Positions 9,035-20,902 of a DNA stretch of 64,000 nucleotides are shown in pieces. How positions within the stretch are numbered: position 1 is the stretch's first letter; each line of letters opens with the position of its first letter. A program made the translations under genes and the position numbers. This DNA comes from Parcubacteria group bacterium Gr01-1014_13 (GTDB taxonomy: Bacteria; Patescibacteriota; Patescibacteriia; Magasanikbacterales; GWA2-37-8): the NCBI GenBank assembly GCA_007376295.1, contig VMGB01000001.1:285969-349968 (forward strand), read 5' to 3'. The notes beneath the pieces were generated by a model. It made no database searches and had not been told where the DNA came from. It saw nothing but the letters and a program-made list of their open reading frames with translations.

Positions 9035-9778
9035 ATGTTAGCAAATATACTCGGAGCAAATTTACTTGTCGGTTTAATTGGCGTAGTTGGAGCCTACAGT
9101 CTTATTCATTTTTTTATCAAGAATCGCTCCAAAGTAATGATTCTGGTAAGTTTCGCGGCGGGTGCGATGATAGCCGTTTCATTTTTTGATCTCCTGCCCG
9201 AAGCCATAGCTGAACATGGAAATGTAATGTTGATAATGGAATATCTAGTTATTGGTTTTGTGGCTTTTTTATTAATAGAAAAAGCATTTTTTTATTACCA
9301 TTGTCACGAAGAAAATTGTGAACGACACGCATCCGCAAAATTGGTTATAATTGGCGATTCAATACATAACCTTTTGGATGGTGTTGCCATAGCCGCTAGT
9401 TTTTTGGTTAGCCCGACTCTGGGAATTGCTACCACCATAGCAATTATAATCCACGAGATACCTCAGGAATTCGGAGATATAGGAATTTTAGTCCATGCTG
9501 GATATTCCAAAACCAAAGCATTATTCTTCAACTTTATTTCTGGTTTATTTGCTGTTTTGGGCGGCTTGGTAGGATTTTATTATCTGAACCGTTTCGAATC
9601 TTTTATACCCTATGTCTTAGCTCTTACGGCCGGGGGTTTTATATATATCGCGGCCGCCGATCTTTTGCCAGAGGTACATGCCGAAAGTAATACTAGAACA
9701 AAAATTTCCATTCATAGTATAGCTATAATTTTGGGAATCGTAGTCTTGTGGATATTAGGAAAAGTATTCGCAGAATAG
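9035..9778 (+). CDS. ZIP family zinc/metal transporter
   Basis: HNLLDG and HEIPQEFGD motifs, His-rich loop. Confidence 0.93.
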   Translation: MLANILGANLLVGLIGVVGAYSLIHFFIKNRSKVMILVSFAAGAMIAVSFFDLLPEAIAEHGNVMLIMEYLVIGFVAFLLIEKAFFYYHCHEENCERHASAKLVIIGDSIHNLLDGVAIAASFLVSPTLGIATTIAIIIHEIPQEFGDIGILVHAGYSKTKALFFNFISGLFAVLGGLVGFYYLNRFESFIPYVLALTAGGFIYIAAADLLPEVHAESNTRTKISIHSIAIILGIVVLWILGKVFAE

Positions 9779-9788
9779 TACCTAAAAT

Positions 9789-9819
9789 AAAAAAATACTC
9801 CAAATCGGAGTATTTTTTT
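9789..9819. terminator. Bidirectional terminator
   Basis: AAAAAAATACTCC-aaatc-GGAGTATTTTTTT between convergent genes. Confidence 0.75.
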
Positions 9820-9829
9820 ATTTATAATT

Positions 9830-10474
9830 TTATTTTTTTGCTTTTCGTAGTGCTCCCAAGGAGATAACAAACGCTGCTGCACTTAGTGCCAGGGCGACTG
9901 TAGAGTTTGAATCAGACGCATCGGCTTTAGACAATGTAGATATCGGAGATGCTGATAAATCATCTATAACTTTTGTCATAGAATACGGTCCAAATCCGCT
10001 CTTTTTTTCTTTGGTTGCAGGATCAAGGTCCCAAGCTACTACTGTGCCGTCTGCGTAGGTTTGGTATACTTTCCAATTTAAAATTGTTGGCTTGCTTGGG
10101 GACTTTACACTAAATAGAAACTCGTCACGCATTCCAGCTGAAATATTACCACCGGTCCAAGTAATTTCTATCAATCTTTGTTCGTCAATCATCATACCTT
10201 CCTCATCTTTCACCTTATTCCCAGTAGCTTGAATTTTTTTCTCAATTTTCCAGCCATTTTTTACATTTGGTGTTGCCGAATTTATTCCTTCTGGCATTAC
10301 CAAACGAATACCGACGGTAGCGATTGATTTTTCTGAAGGAACTGCCAAAGTAAAAGTTTGATACTTCCCTATTCCCACCTCGGCTGGTTTAACAACAGCA
10401 TGTGCCAAAGCTTGACCAGCAAATGACAAAGAGGCAATCGCCAATAGAGGCAATGCAAATATTTTTTTAATCAT
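9830..10474 (-). CDS. YcnI-family (DUF1775) copper-binding membrane protein
   Basis: Signal peptide ending ALA-H, VPSE, GW, ITWTGG and YQTYADGTVVAW motifs, C-terminal TM anchor; start moved to ATG 10474. Confidence 0.88.
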   Translation of the reverse strand: MIKKIFALPLLAIASLSFAGQALAHAVVKPAEVGIGKYQTFTLAVPSEKSIATVGIRLVMPEGINSATPNVKNGWKIEKKIQATGNKVKDEEGMMIDEQRLIEITWTGGNISAGMRDEFLFSVKSPSKPTILNWKVYQTYADGTVVAWDLDPATKEKKSGFGPYSMTKVIDDLSASPISTLSKADASDSNSTVALALSAAAFVISLGALRKAKK

Positions 10475-10505
10475 AAAATGTTTAGAAGTGAATAATCTAA
10501 TCTCC

Positions 10506-11309
10506 TTAAACAAATCGCCCTGGTGGAGATTTATTATTTAGACCAAAAATAATTTTTATTTTTACGGGTTGTTGTAATTTTACAGCTCTGGCTTCGTTCG
10601 AAAATAATGGAGTTATAATCAATTTCGGATTATTCTCAATAAGCGGAACAAAACAACATTCATGCTGATCCAAATGCACGCCATGGACATGATCTGGACA
10701 TAGTACCTGCGGCTGATGAAAGGCCGTGCCGAAAACCAATAACACAACAAATAATCCCAAGATACTTTTCTTTAATCTTCTATAGTTAAAGACTGCGATC
10801 AGAATTATACCAAATGCCAAAACCAAATACATACGATACTTATCCCTAGAAGTTTCGGTAGCAATTGCTTGCTCTATAGTTCTGTCCACCCGCATGTCGT
10901 AATTAAATTTAAAACTCTGGAAACCATTCTCTACCAAAGGATTGGCCGTAAATGCGATAGTGTAAATCCCCTTTTGCGGGAAAGTATAAGAAAAAACAGC
11001 ATTATTTTTTACGTTATTAAATGTAGTAGTAGAAAAAATTACACTATCATTAAGCGTGATGGTTAACCGGCAGTCGCACCCCGAAGCTTTAAACTTTTTT
11101 TGGCTATCGGTGATATAAAAAGTTAGTTCTGCGGGCTGGCCGATAATAGGATTGTCGTCATCACTAGCGTGCAACATTACAAGAACCGAACCATCAGCTT
11201 CGATAGAATGAGCTTGGACCGCTTTGGGAAAATAAAAAAAACTGCCCAACAGTAAAAACATGAATAAGCAGAGCTTGATAATGTTACTAAACAGATTTTT
11301 TGACTGCAT
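10506..11309 (-). CDS. Exported Ig-like (YtkA/FixH-like) membrane protein with a His/Cys-rich tail ending in NKSPP
   Basis: Signal peptide ending VQA-H, FSYTFPQKGIY beta-sandwich motif, two TMs, HQPQVLCPDHVHGVHLDQHECC, NNKSPP. Confidence 0.65.
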   Translation of the reverse strand: MQSKNLFSNIIKLCLFMFLLLGSFFYFPKAVQAHSIEADGSVLVMLHASDDDNPIIGQPAELTFYITDSQKKFKASGCDCRLTITLNDSVIFSTTTFNNVKNNAVFSYTFPQKGIYTIAFTANPLVENGFQSFKFNYDMRVDRTIEQAIATETSRDKYRMYLVLAFGIILIAVFNYRRLKKSILGLFVVLLVFGTAFHQPQVLCPDHVHGVHLDQHECCFVPLIENNPKLIITPLFSNEARAVKLQQPVKIKIIFGLNNKSPPGRFV

Positions 11310-11328
11310 AAACCATCCTGTAAAACTA

Positions 11329-11371
11329 AATTACTACTACATATTGTAGTAGTAATTGGTTGATTTGTCAA
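11329..11371 (-). promoter_or_regulatory. Promoter overlapped by a perfect 13-bp inverted repeat (candidate operator)
   Basis: Minus-strand TTGACA (11371-11366) - 17 bp - TACAAT; AATTACTACTACA-tat-TGTAGTAGTAATT at 11329-11357. Confidence 0.7.
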
Positions 11372-11377
11372 AACTTT

Positions 11378-14347
11378 CTATTCCTCATTTACTTTAAAGT
11401 TAGTGATATCTGCCGCCATCTTATCGAAATCATCCTTATTTCCAAAAATTTCTATAATAAACTTGCTTCTTTTATACCCATCCGGATAAACATCCATTAT
11501 TTTTTCCGCTCTCCCTTTATTTTGGCTTTCATAAACTTTTGCCGGATATCCATTCCAAGTGGTGGTTGAAATTTTATCCAAAGGAATTACTGCAGCCCGC
11601 TTTATTTTTGCAAAAGCAAACCATTTTGTATTATCTGGGGAATAAAATTCCACCCCATTTGTTGAATGTTTGGCTAGCCAGTTAGCCGGATATGACAAAG
11701 TAAACTCCGCAAAACTACTTTCAGTATAAATATTTGTGGCTGTTTTTTGCCTATCCTCAAACTCTTTTTCCATCTGTTTTTTTATGTCTGATTTGGCCAA
11801 AGCCACCTGATTGGCTATTTCTATTTGCATATCTTTCTGGGACATCTGATTTGCGCTTGACTGGCAGGTATACCCTCCCAAAGCAGTAACAAGTCCCAAA
11901 ACTCCAAAAATTAAAAGCATTTTGGATGCGCCCACTAATCTTAATACCCGATTTGGTTTTACCGCAACTTTTTTCTCCATCGCGGCAATACGTTCGCGTG
12001 TTTTTAAAACCGTATCTGGATTAAGCGAAATACTATCTATCCCCTCTTGCACCAAAAATTCGGCAAATTCCGGATAATCACTAGGAGCTTGTCCGCAAAT
12101 ACCAACTTTGCGTTTATTTTCATGCGCTACTTTTATTACTTGGCGGATTAAAGTTTTTACCGCCTCGTTTTTTTCATCATAGACATGACTTACTAAAGCC
12201 GAATCTCTGTCTACGCCCAAAGTGAGTTGAGTCAAATCGTTTGAGCCAATACTGAACCCATCAAAAATTTCGGAAAATTCTTTGGCTAAAATTACATTGG
12301 CTGGAATTTCGCACATTACATAAACTTTCAAGCCATTTTTCCCCCGTTCCAAACCAAATTCTTTCATAGTTGCCAAAACTTTTTTACCTTCTTCTACCGT
12401 ACGGCAAAACGGCACCATTACGATTAAATTTTTCATCCCCCATTCGTTACGGACTTTTTTTATAGCTTCACATTCCAATTTAAATCCCGGTTTATATTTC
12501 TCATCATAATACCTAGAAGCCCCGCGCCAACCAAGCATCGGATTTTCTTCTTTTGGTTCGTAACTCGCGCCGCCAATAAGCGTGGCATATTCATTAGTTT
12601 TAAAATCAGACAAACGCACAATGACTTCGTTTGGAGAAAATGCAGAGGTAATAAAAGCAATACCTTCGGCCAATTTGTCTACACAAAATTTAGCTTTGTT
12701 TTTGTAGCCAACCGTGAGCGCATCTATTTGATCTTTCACTTCTTTCGGCTGATCTTTATAGTGCACCAAAGCTAGTGGGTGGATTTTTACAAAATTGGTG
12801 AAAATAAATTCTTCACGTGCCAAACCAACACCGTCATTTGGCACATTAGACAAAGAAAAGGCGCTGTCTGGATCACCTACGTTCATCATTATTTTCGTAC
12901 GGGTAGCAGGAACATCTTTTATCTCTGTTTTTTGTACTTCAAATGGCAATAAACCTTTGTAAACATAGCCAACTTCACCTTCGGCGCAGGAAACAGTAAC
13001 TCCTTCGCCTGTTTTGACTACCTGGCGCGCTTTAGCAGCCCCGACAATACATGGCGTGCCGAGCTCACGGCTGACAATGGCTGCGTGAGAAGTTTTACCG
13101 CCCTGTTCGGTGACTATGGCGCTAGCCATACGCATAATCGGCTCCCAATCCGGATCAGTAATACGAGTTATCAGAACTTCGCCAGGCTTAAATTGCTTCA
13201 TCTGTTTTGGCGAGTTAATAACTCTTGCATGCCCTTGGCCAATTTTTTGACCAACGCTTGAACCGGTAAGCAAAACCTTCCCTTTTTGCTTTTGTTTTAA
13301 ATGGTACTGCTCAATAACATTTACTTTAGCTCTAGATTGCACAGTTTCGGATCTGGCCTGCACGATAAACAATTGTCCGGTAGTACCATCTTTGGCCCAC
13401 TCTATATCCATCGGATGTCCATAATGATTTTCGATTATCACACCCCACTTGGCCAACTGTAAAACCTCATCGTCAGTTAAACAATAAACTTTTTGGTCAG
13501 TTGATTTTACTTTTTCTTGTTTGGTGCCAACTTTACCATAAATTAATTTTACCTCCTTGCTTCCCAAGCGTTTACTGATGATAGATTTAAAACCATTTTT
13601 TAAACCTTGTTTAAAAATATAAAATTGATCGGGAATAACCTGGCCTTTAACCACATATTCCCCTAACCCATAAGCAGCATTTATTAACACTACGCCTTTG
13701 AACCCGGATTCAGTATCCAGAGTAAACATCACGCCGCTGGCGCCAACGTCCGAACGCACCATTTCTTGCACGCCCACAGACAAAGCAATAGCCGTATGAT
13801 CAAATCCTTTGTCCTCGCGGTACGAAATAGCGCGGTCGGTAAATAGGGATGCTATGCATTTCTTACTGGCCAACAGCAATTCATTTTCTCCGCGAACATT
13901 TAAATATGTTTCTTGCTGTCCAGCAAAACTAGCGTCTGGTAAATCTTCGGCGGTGGCACTACTGCGTACGGCTACATCTAGATTGCTTTTTTTAGAAAAT
14001 TTACAAAGTTGTTTATAAAAAATTTTAATTTCTTTTTCTACATCTTTAGGAAAAGTGGCTGCCAAAATCATTTTTCGTATCTTGTCCCCCACTCTGGCCA
14101 GTTCTTTGATATCTTTTTTATTTAAACCTTTTAATGTTTCCTTTATTTTTTTATCTAATTTATTGGCGCGCAAAAAACTCCAGTACACGTCGGCAGTTAA
14201 AGCAAAGCCGTTTGGTACTGGTACGCCTTTTGATTTTAATTTTGCATACATTTCTCCCAAAGAAGCATTTTTGCCGCCTACGGAAGGAATATCTTTGATG
14301 GTAAGGTCTTTAAACCAACGAATGTACTTAGAGGACATATCTGGCAT
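11378..14347 (-). CDS. ppsA: Phosphoenolpyruvate synthase with an about 195-aa C-terminal TM and extracytoplasmic extension
   Basis: VGGKNASLGEM, AVRSSATAEDLPDASFAGQQET, TSHAAIVSRELG phospho-His and FSIGSNDLTQLTLGVDRD motifs; start may be ATG 14338. Confidence 0.95.
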   Translation of the reverse strand: MPDMSSKYIRWFKDLTIKDIPSVGGKNASLGEMYAKLKSKGVPVPNGFALTADVYWSFLRANKLDKKIKETLKGLNKKDIKELARVGDKIRKMILAATFPKDVEKEIKIFYKQLCKFSKKSNLDVAVRSSATAEDLPDASFAGQQETYLNVRGENELLLASKKCIASLFTDRAISYREDKGFDHTAIALSVGVQEMVRSDVGASGVMFTLDTESGFKGVVLINAAYGLGEYVVKGQVIPDQFYIFKQGLKNGFKSIISKRLGSKEVKLIYGKVGTKQEKVKSTDQKVYCLTDDEVLQLAKWGVIIENHYGHPMDIEWAKDGTTGQLFIVQARSETVQSRAKVNVIEQYHLKQKQKGKVLLTGSSVGQKIGQGHARVINSPKQMKQFKPGEVLITRITDPDWEPIMRMASAIVTEQGGKTSHAAIVSRELGTPCIVGAAKARQVVKTGEGVTVSCAEGEVGYVYKGLLPFEVQKTEIKDVPATRTKIMMNVGDPDSAFSLSNVPNDGVGLAREEFIFTNFVKIHPLALVHYKDQPKEVKDQIDALTVGYKNKAKFCVDKLAEGIAFITSAFSPNEVIVRLSDFKTNEYATLIGGASYEPKEENPMLGWRGASRYYDEKYKPGFKLECEAIKKVRNEWGMKNLIVMVPFCRTVEEGKKVLATMKEFGLERGKNGLKVYVMCEIPANVILAKEFSEIFDGFSIGSNDLTQLTLGVDRDSALVSHVYDEKNEAVKTLIRQVIKVAHENKRKVGICGQAPSDYPEFAEFLVQEGIDSISLNPDTVLKTRERIAAMEKKVAVKPNRVLRLVGASKMLLIFGVLGLVTALGGYTCQSSANQMSQKDMQIEIANQVALAKSDIKKQMEKEFEDRQKTATNIYTESSFAEFTLSYPANWLAKHSTNGVEFYSPDNTKWFAFAKIKRAAVIPLDKISTTTWNGYPAKVYESQNKGRAEKIMDVYPDGYKRSKFIIEIFGNKDDFDKMAADITNFKVNEE

Positions 14348-14407
14348 ATTATATCACAACTAAGCGGTTTTTAGAAACTTGAGGTGGATGAAATGTGCAT
14401 AAAAAAC

Positions 14408-14435
14408 ACCCTGTCTGCCGATTGGCAGACAGGGT
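14408..14435 (-). repeat. Palindromic terminator-like repeat, copy 1
   Basis: ACCCTGTCTGCC-gatt-GGCAGACAGGGT with a U-tract on the minus strand. Confidence 0.8.
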
Positions 14436-14452
14436 ACAAAAATACCGCAGTG

Positions 14453-15019
14453 CTAGTGAGTTTTGGGCTTGCGACCGCCATTTGCCCACACCTTGATCTC
14501 TTCGATGTTCTCGGAAAGTAACGCCCGTTTCCTCTGAAGTTCTTTCAGATTGCGTTCGCCAGGACCTTTCCGCATTTCATTCTCTATTTTGATATTCAAA
14601 TCAGCGCTCATTTCATTCGTGAGCTTTGCCATATCAAAGTAACGAGATTCATTATCAACGTCGAGTTGGAGCTGTGGCGGAATGACCTGTTGCTGTAATT
14701 CACGCCAATCGCGCACAAATGCGCGCGACAAGAAAACCCATACAGCCGACAAACCGATGCAGACAAGCATTACAAAAAGACTGATGAAAAGCGGCGCCTG
14801 ACTGAACCATAGGAGATAACAGAGCCCCCAATACAACCCGGATAAAGGACCGGATATCGCGGAAAGAAAAAGATTTTCACAAGCGCTGAAATAGACTGCT
14901 CCACGTTCCTTATTCAGCAAAGCAAGCTCTTCGGTACACGGCTTCGGCAGGGATTCCACCGGAATCAATTCAAGAGGCGAAAGCAAAACAAGGGCTGTAA
15001 CCGGTTTATCATCATCCAT
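14453..15019 (-). CDS. Hypothetical membrane protein (2 TM plus coiled coil)
   Basis: AAGGAG SD, own promoter and terminator; hydrophobic segments. Confidence 0.7.
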   Translation of the reverse strand: MDDDKPVTALVLLSPLELIPVESLPKPCTEELALLNKERGAVYFSACENLFLSAISGPLSGLYWGLCYLLWFSQAPLFISLFVMLVCIGLSAVWVFLSRAFVRDWRELQQQVIPPQLQLDVDNESRYFDMAKLTNEMSADLNIKIENEMRKGPGERNLKELQRKRALLSENIEEIKVWANGGRKPKTH

Positions 15020-15086
15020 TGATTTCTCCTTGGTTGGATTCTTAGCTCAACATACCATAAATATACAGCTTTAGCAAGATATAAAA

Positions 15087-15116
15087 TACCCTGTCTGCCG
15101 ATTAGCAAACAGGGTA
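15087..15116 (-). repeat. Palindromic terminator-like repeat, copy 2
   Basis: TACCCTGTCTGCC-gatt-AGCAAACAGGGTA; 26/28 identical to 14408-14435. Confidence 0.8.
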
Positions 15117-15135
15117 GAACTGTAATGAAACTACA

Positions 15136-15765
15136 TTATGTACTTACATGATTTTTGATGTACTGCGGCTTCTGCCTCTCCAACATGTCTTTGCGACATT
15201 TATCAATAACCAACAAAACAGGTAAAGATAGGAGTAGTAGACCGTCGACAACAGCCGAAATGGCAACTACCCTCATGTCGCCACAATTGATTAGTGCGTA
15301 ACATACCCAAGCCGCAAAAAGCCCGCTTACCGGCAAAGTTGACCGTAATGACAGCCCCAAACCCTCAACAGCCAACCAAATTTGAATCAAGATGGCCAGG
15401 CCGAGATTCAAGCTAAAGACAACACCGGGAATATATACAGCCCACATCATAGTTAGGTTGTTCGAGTAAAGACGCCCACCGAAAAAAAGCTGCCAAAACA
15501 TTCCTAGTAATGAATAAGCACATATTACCCCGGCCCATGCAGGATGACTTTTTTCATTTTCCGCCCCATCAGCTAACGCCGGAGCAGAAAATGCTGTAAG
15601 CAACAAAATAAAAAATGAAATGACCATAGCGAGCGGGCCGATACTATCTCGCCAATACTTGGCCACATTCGGGCCATCAGAAGCCAGAAAAACTAACGGG
15701 ATAACTAAGGTACCTGCCAACATAGTTAACCAAGTAGCATACTTCCATGCTTTTTCTTTGATCAT
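15136..15765 (-). CDS. Hypothetical multi-TM membrane protein
   Basis: About six TMs; CAGGAG SD. Confidence 0.7.
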   Translation of the reverse strand: MIKEKAWKYATWLTMLAGTLVIPLVFLASDGPNVAKYWRDSIGPLAMVISFFILLLTAFSAPALADGAENEKSHPAWAGVICAYSLLGMFWQLFFGGRLYSNNLTMMWAVYIPGVVFSLNLGLAILIQIWLAVEGLGLSLRSTLPVSGLFAAWVCYALINCGDMRVVAISAVVDGLLLLSLPVLLVIDKCRKDMLERQKPQYIKNHVST

Positions 15766-15850
15766 TGCATTTCTCCTGTCTGGATTGAAAGTTCAAAACA
15801 AATTAAAACACACCCGAACGGGTGTGTCAATCAATCTTAGATACAAAAAA

Positions 15851-18632
<2,782 letters not shown>

Positions 18633-18707
18633 AGCATTATCAGTATAACATAGGCTCAAAAAACAAAAAACCCCTTCTTACGAGAGGGTTTCTTGTTAAA
18701 CTTAAGT

Positions 18708-19151
18708 TTAAATTGGTTGGTCGGCGATTCCTGAAGGACTGAGGGTAACTCCACCACTTAGTCCGTTTACAGTTGTTTCTAATGTAGCTGTTACAGTATA
18801 GGAACTGGTAGCTGCAGTATAAGTATATGATTGAGCTGTTAATGGGTCTGAAGGTACTTTACCCATGTATGGGTTAGCACAACCAGTTGATCCGAAACCG
18901 CTGGCGTTCAAACAAGCGTGAGTTGAATCTCCCAAAGTTACAGCTGAACCAGATGGATAAGCTGTTTGATCTGTGTAGTAAAGTTCTAAAGCTGTTTGTA
19001 ATTGTTTTAAGTCGGACAGACGGCGCGCATCGCGAGCTTTTTGTCTGGCGTTTCCTAAAGCTACTACAGCTAGAGTTGATAATAAACCGATAATGGCTAT
19101 TACTACCAGCAATTCGATTAAGGTGAAACCTTTCTTGTTCATGTTTTTCAT
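18708..19151 (-). CDS. Type IV pilin / T2SS GspG-like major pilin
   Basis: [19 protein letters not shown]-methylation motif, KARDARR, disulfide pair. Confidence 0.93.
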   Translation of the reverse strand: MKNMNKKGFTLIELLVVIAIIGLLSTLAVVALGNARQKARDARRLSDLKQLQTALELYYTDQTAYPSGSAVTLGDSTHACLNASGFGSTGCANPYMGKVPSDPLTAQSYTYTAATSSYTVTATLETTVNGLSGGVTLSPSGIADQPI

Positions 19152-19221
19152 AGTTTCACCCCCTTTCTATAAATTAGTTGTGACATATTGTTTTCTATGT
19201 TTACAATTATACCATGACTAA

Positions 19222-19608
19222 CTATTTTTTATGCAAGATCTTCCTGACTTTATCCACAACCTCGGAAGGTTTGAAATGAGTTTTTATTAAATAATCGACA
19301 GCTCCTTCGTCTAGTCCGCGCTGTACGTCGTCTTTTTGTCCCAAATTCGTAAGTAAAATAATCGGAATATTTTTTATGGCCGAATCTGCTTTGGCCGCCT
19401 CTAAAACAGCAAAGCCATCCAATTTTGGCAGAAGAATATCCAGCAAAACAATGTCCGGCTTTTTTTTCTTGATGTCAGCCAATCCTTTTTCGCCATTATT
19501 GGCCATACTTACTTTAAACCCCTCCATTTCAAATTTTTTCTGATAAATTTCGGCCAAAAAAACATCATCTTCAACGATTAAAACATGATCTTGATTATCT
19601 TGAGGCAT
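19222..19608 (-). CDS. Single-domain response regulator receiver
   Basis: VLIVEDD, LLDILLP, LTN and YLIK motifs. Confidence 0.92.
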   Translation of the reverse strand: MPQDNQDHVLIVEDDVFLAEIYQKKFEMEGFKVSMANNGEKGLADIKKKKPDIVLLDILLPKLDGFAVLEAAKADSAIKNIPIILLTNLGQKDDVQRGLDEGAVDYLIKTHFKPSEVVDKVRKILHKK

Positions 19609-19621
19609 AAAAAATTAAGAT

Positions 19622-20776
19622 TTAAACAATATTGCGCATCGCCAAACCCACGGCCACGGACATGCGCGGCCCGATTTGACGTAAAACTGGTTTTAATCCT
19701 TCTTGATAGACTATTCTAGCCCATGAATCACCTACATAGCATTTGATTTTGAATTTTTCTTGGATATATTTTGCCAAAAACGGCAAAAGAGACATACCGC
19801 CGGTGAGAATTATTTTTTCCGGCCGTTTGCCCTCATTGCCAGTTTGACGTAAATATAATTCTAAGCTTACTTCAATTTCTTTTAATATCGGATCTACCAC
19901 TGGCATTAGAATATCCAACCACTTTTGTTCGCTAAGTGTATTATTGCTGGTTGCAGAAAGATAGTCAAATAAATCGTATTTTACTTGGCCTATCAAACCT
20001 TGTTCAACACCCAAAATATTTTGTAAAATTCTGTCTATTTTATCGCCACCAGATTCTATACTCTGGTGAGTGATCGGCACGCCTTGATCAACTATGAAAA
20101 AATTTGTCCGCTCAGATCCAATGTCTACTATTATAGACACTGCCTGATCGCGCCCAATAAGAGAACGGGCTAAAGCTGTAGATTCGGGTTCCAGAGCCTC
20201 TAAAGAGAGTCCTGCGCGCTGGAAAACCTTCGAATAAAATTCAATCAGCTTGTGCGGAACGGCATTTACCATAACCCGCTGGGATTTATCTTCTGGCAGA
20301 CCCTTTAATACTTGATAATCCAAGGCCATTTCTTCTAAAGCCATCGGCAGCAATTTTCTGACTTCTGCTTTTAGGATATGGTCTAATTCTTCTTTTTTTA
20401 CTATTGGCAGAGTAACTACGGCATGAAAAACAGACGAAACCGGCAAACTGACCACGGCTGTTTTAGATGTGGTGCGCGAAGTTTTACAGATAGTTTTTAT
20501 AATATTGGCGTATTTTTCTATTTGCGCCGGAGCAAATTGACCGGCATTTTCTGTTTCTTTCGTATGGCCTGGAGGTAAGTCGCCTAGCTTTCTTTCCAAA
20601 AGATTAGTAATGTTTTTGTCTTCAGTGGTCAGGAGTTTGTGAACGTCTTGCTTGTTGGAAGTTAGTCCATAAGAAAACAAAACTGGCCTATTTTTCTCTA
20701 GGCGTAGTTCTATTAATTTTACTCCCCCAGATCCGATATCAACTCCAAGATAAGATTTTGCCTTATTCCAAAACAT
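19622..20776 (-). CDS. pilM: Type IV pilus assembly protein PilM
   Basis: GVDIGSGGVK, VDIGSERT, ILTGG and AVGLAMR actin-like fold motifs. Confidence 0.92.
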   Translation of the reverse strand: MFWNKAKSYLGVDIGSGGVKLIELRLEKNRPVLFSYGLTSNKQDVHKLLTTEDKNITNLLERKLGDLPPGHTKETENAGQFAPAQIEKYANIIKTICKTSRTTSKTAVVSLPVSSVFHAVVTLPIVKKEELDHILKAEVRKLLPMALEEMALDYQVLKGLPEDKSQRVMVNAVPHKLIEFYSKVFQRAGLSLEALEPESTALARSLIGRDQAVSIIVDIGSERTNFFIVDQGVPITHQSIESGGDKIDRILQNILGVEQGLIGQVKYDLFDYLSATSNNTLSEQKWLDILMPVVDPILKEIEVSLELYLRQTGNEGKRPEKIILTGGMSLLPFLAKYIQEKFKIKCYVGDSWARIVYQEGLKPVLRQIGPRMSVAVGLAMRNIV

Positions 20777-20902
20777 AAAAGATATTTGATTTCATTATAC
20801 CAGAAAATCAACATTACTTGTAGAGCAATGTTGATAACTGGGGATAATTCATATATACTAGAAATGACATTTTTCCTTTTGAATTTAAGAAACAACTTGG
20901 TT

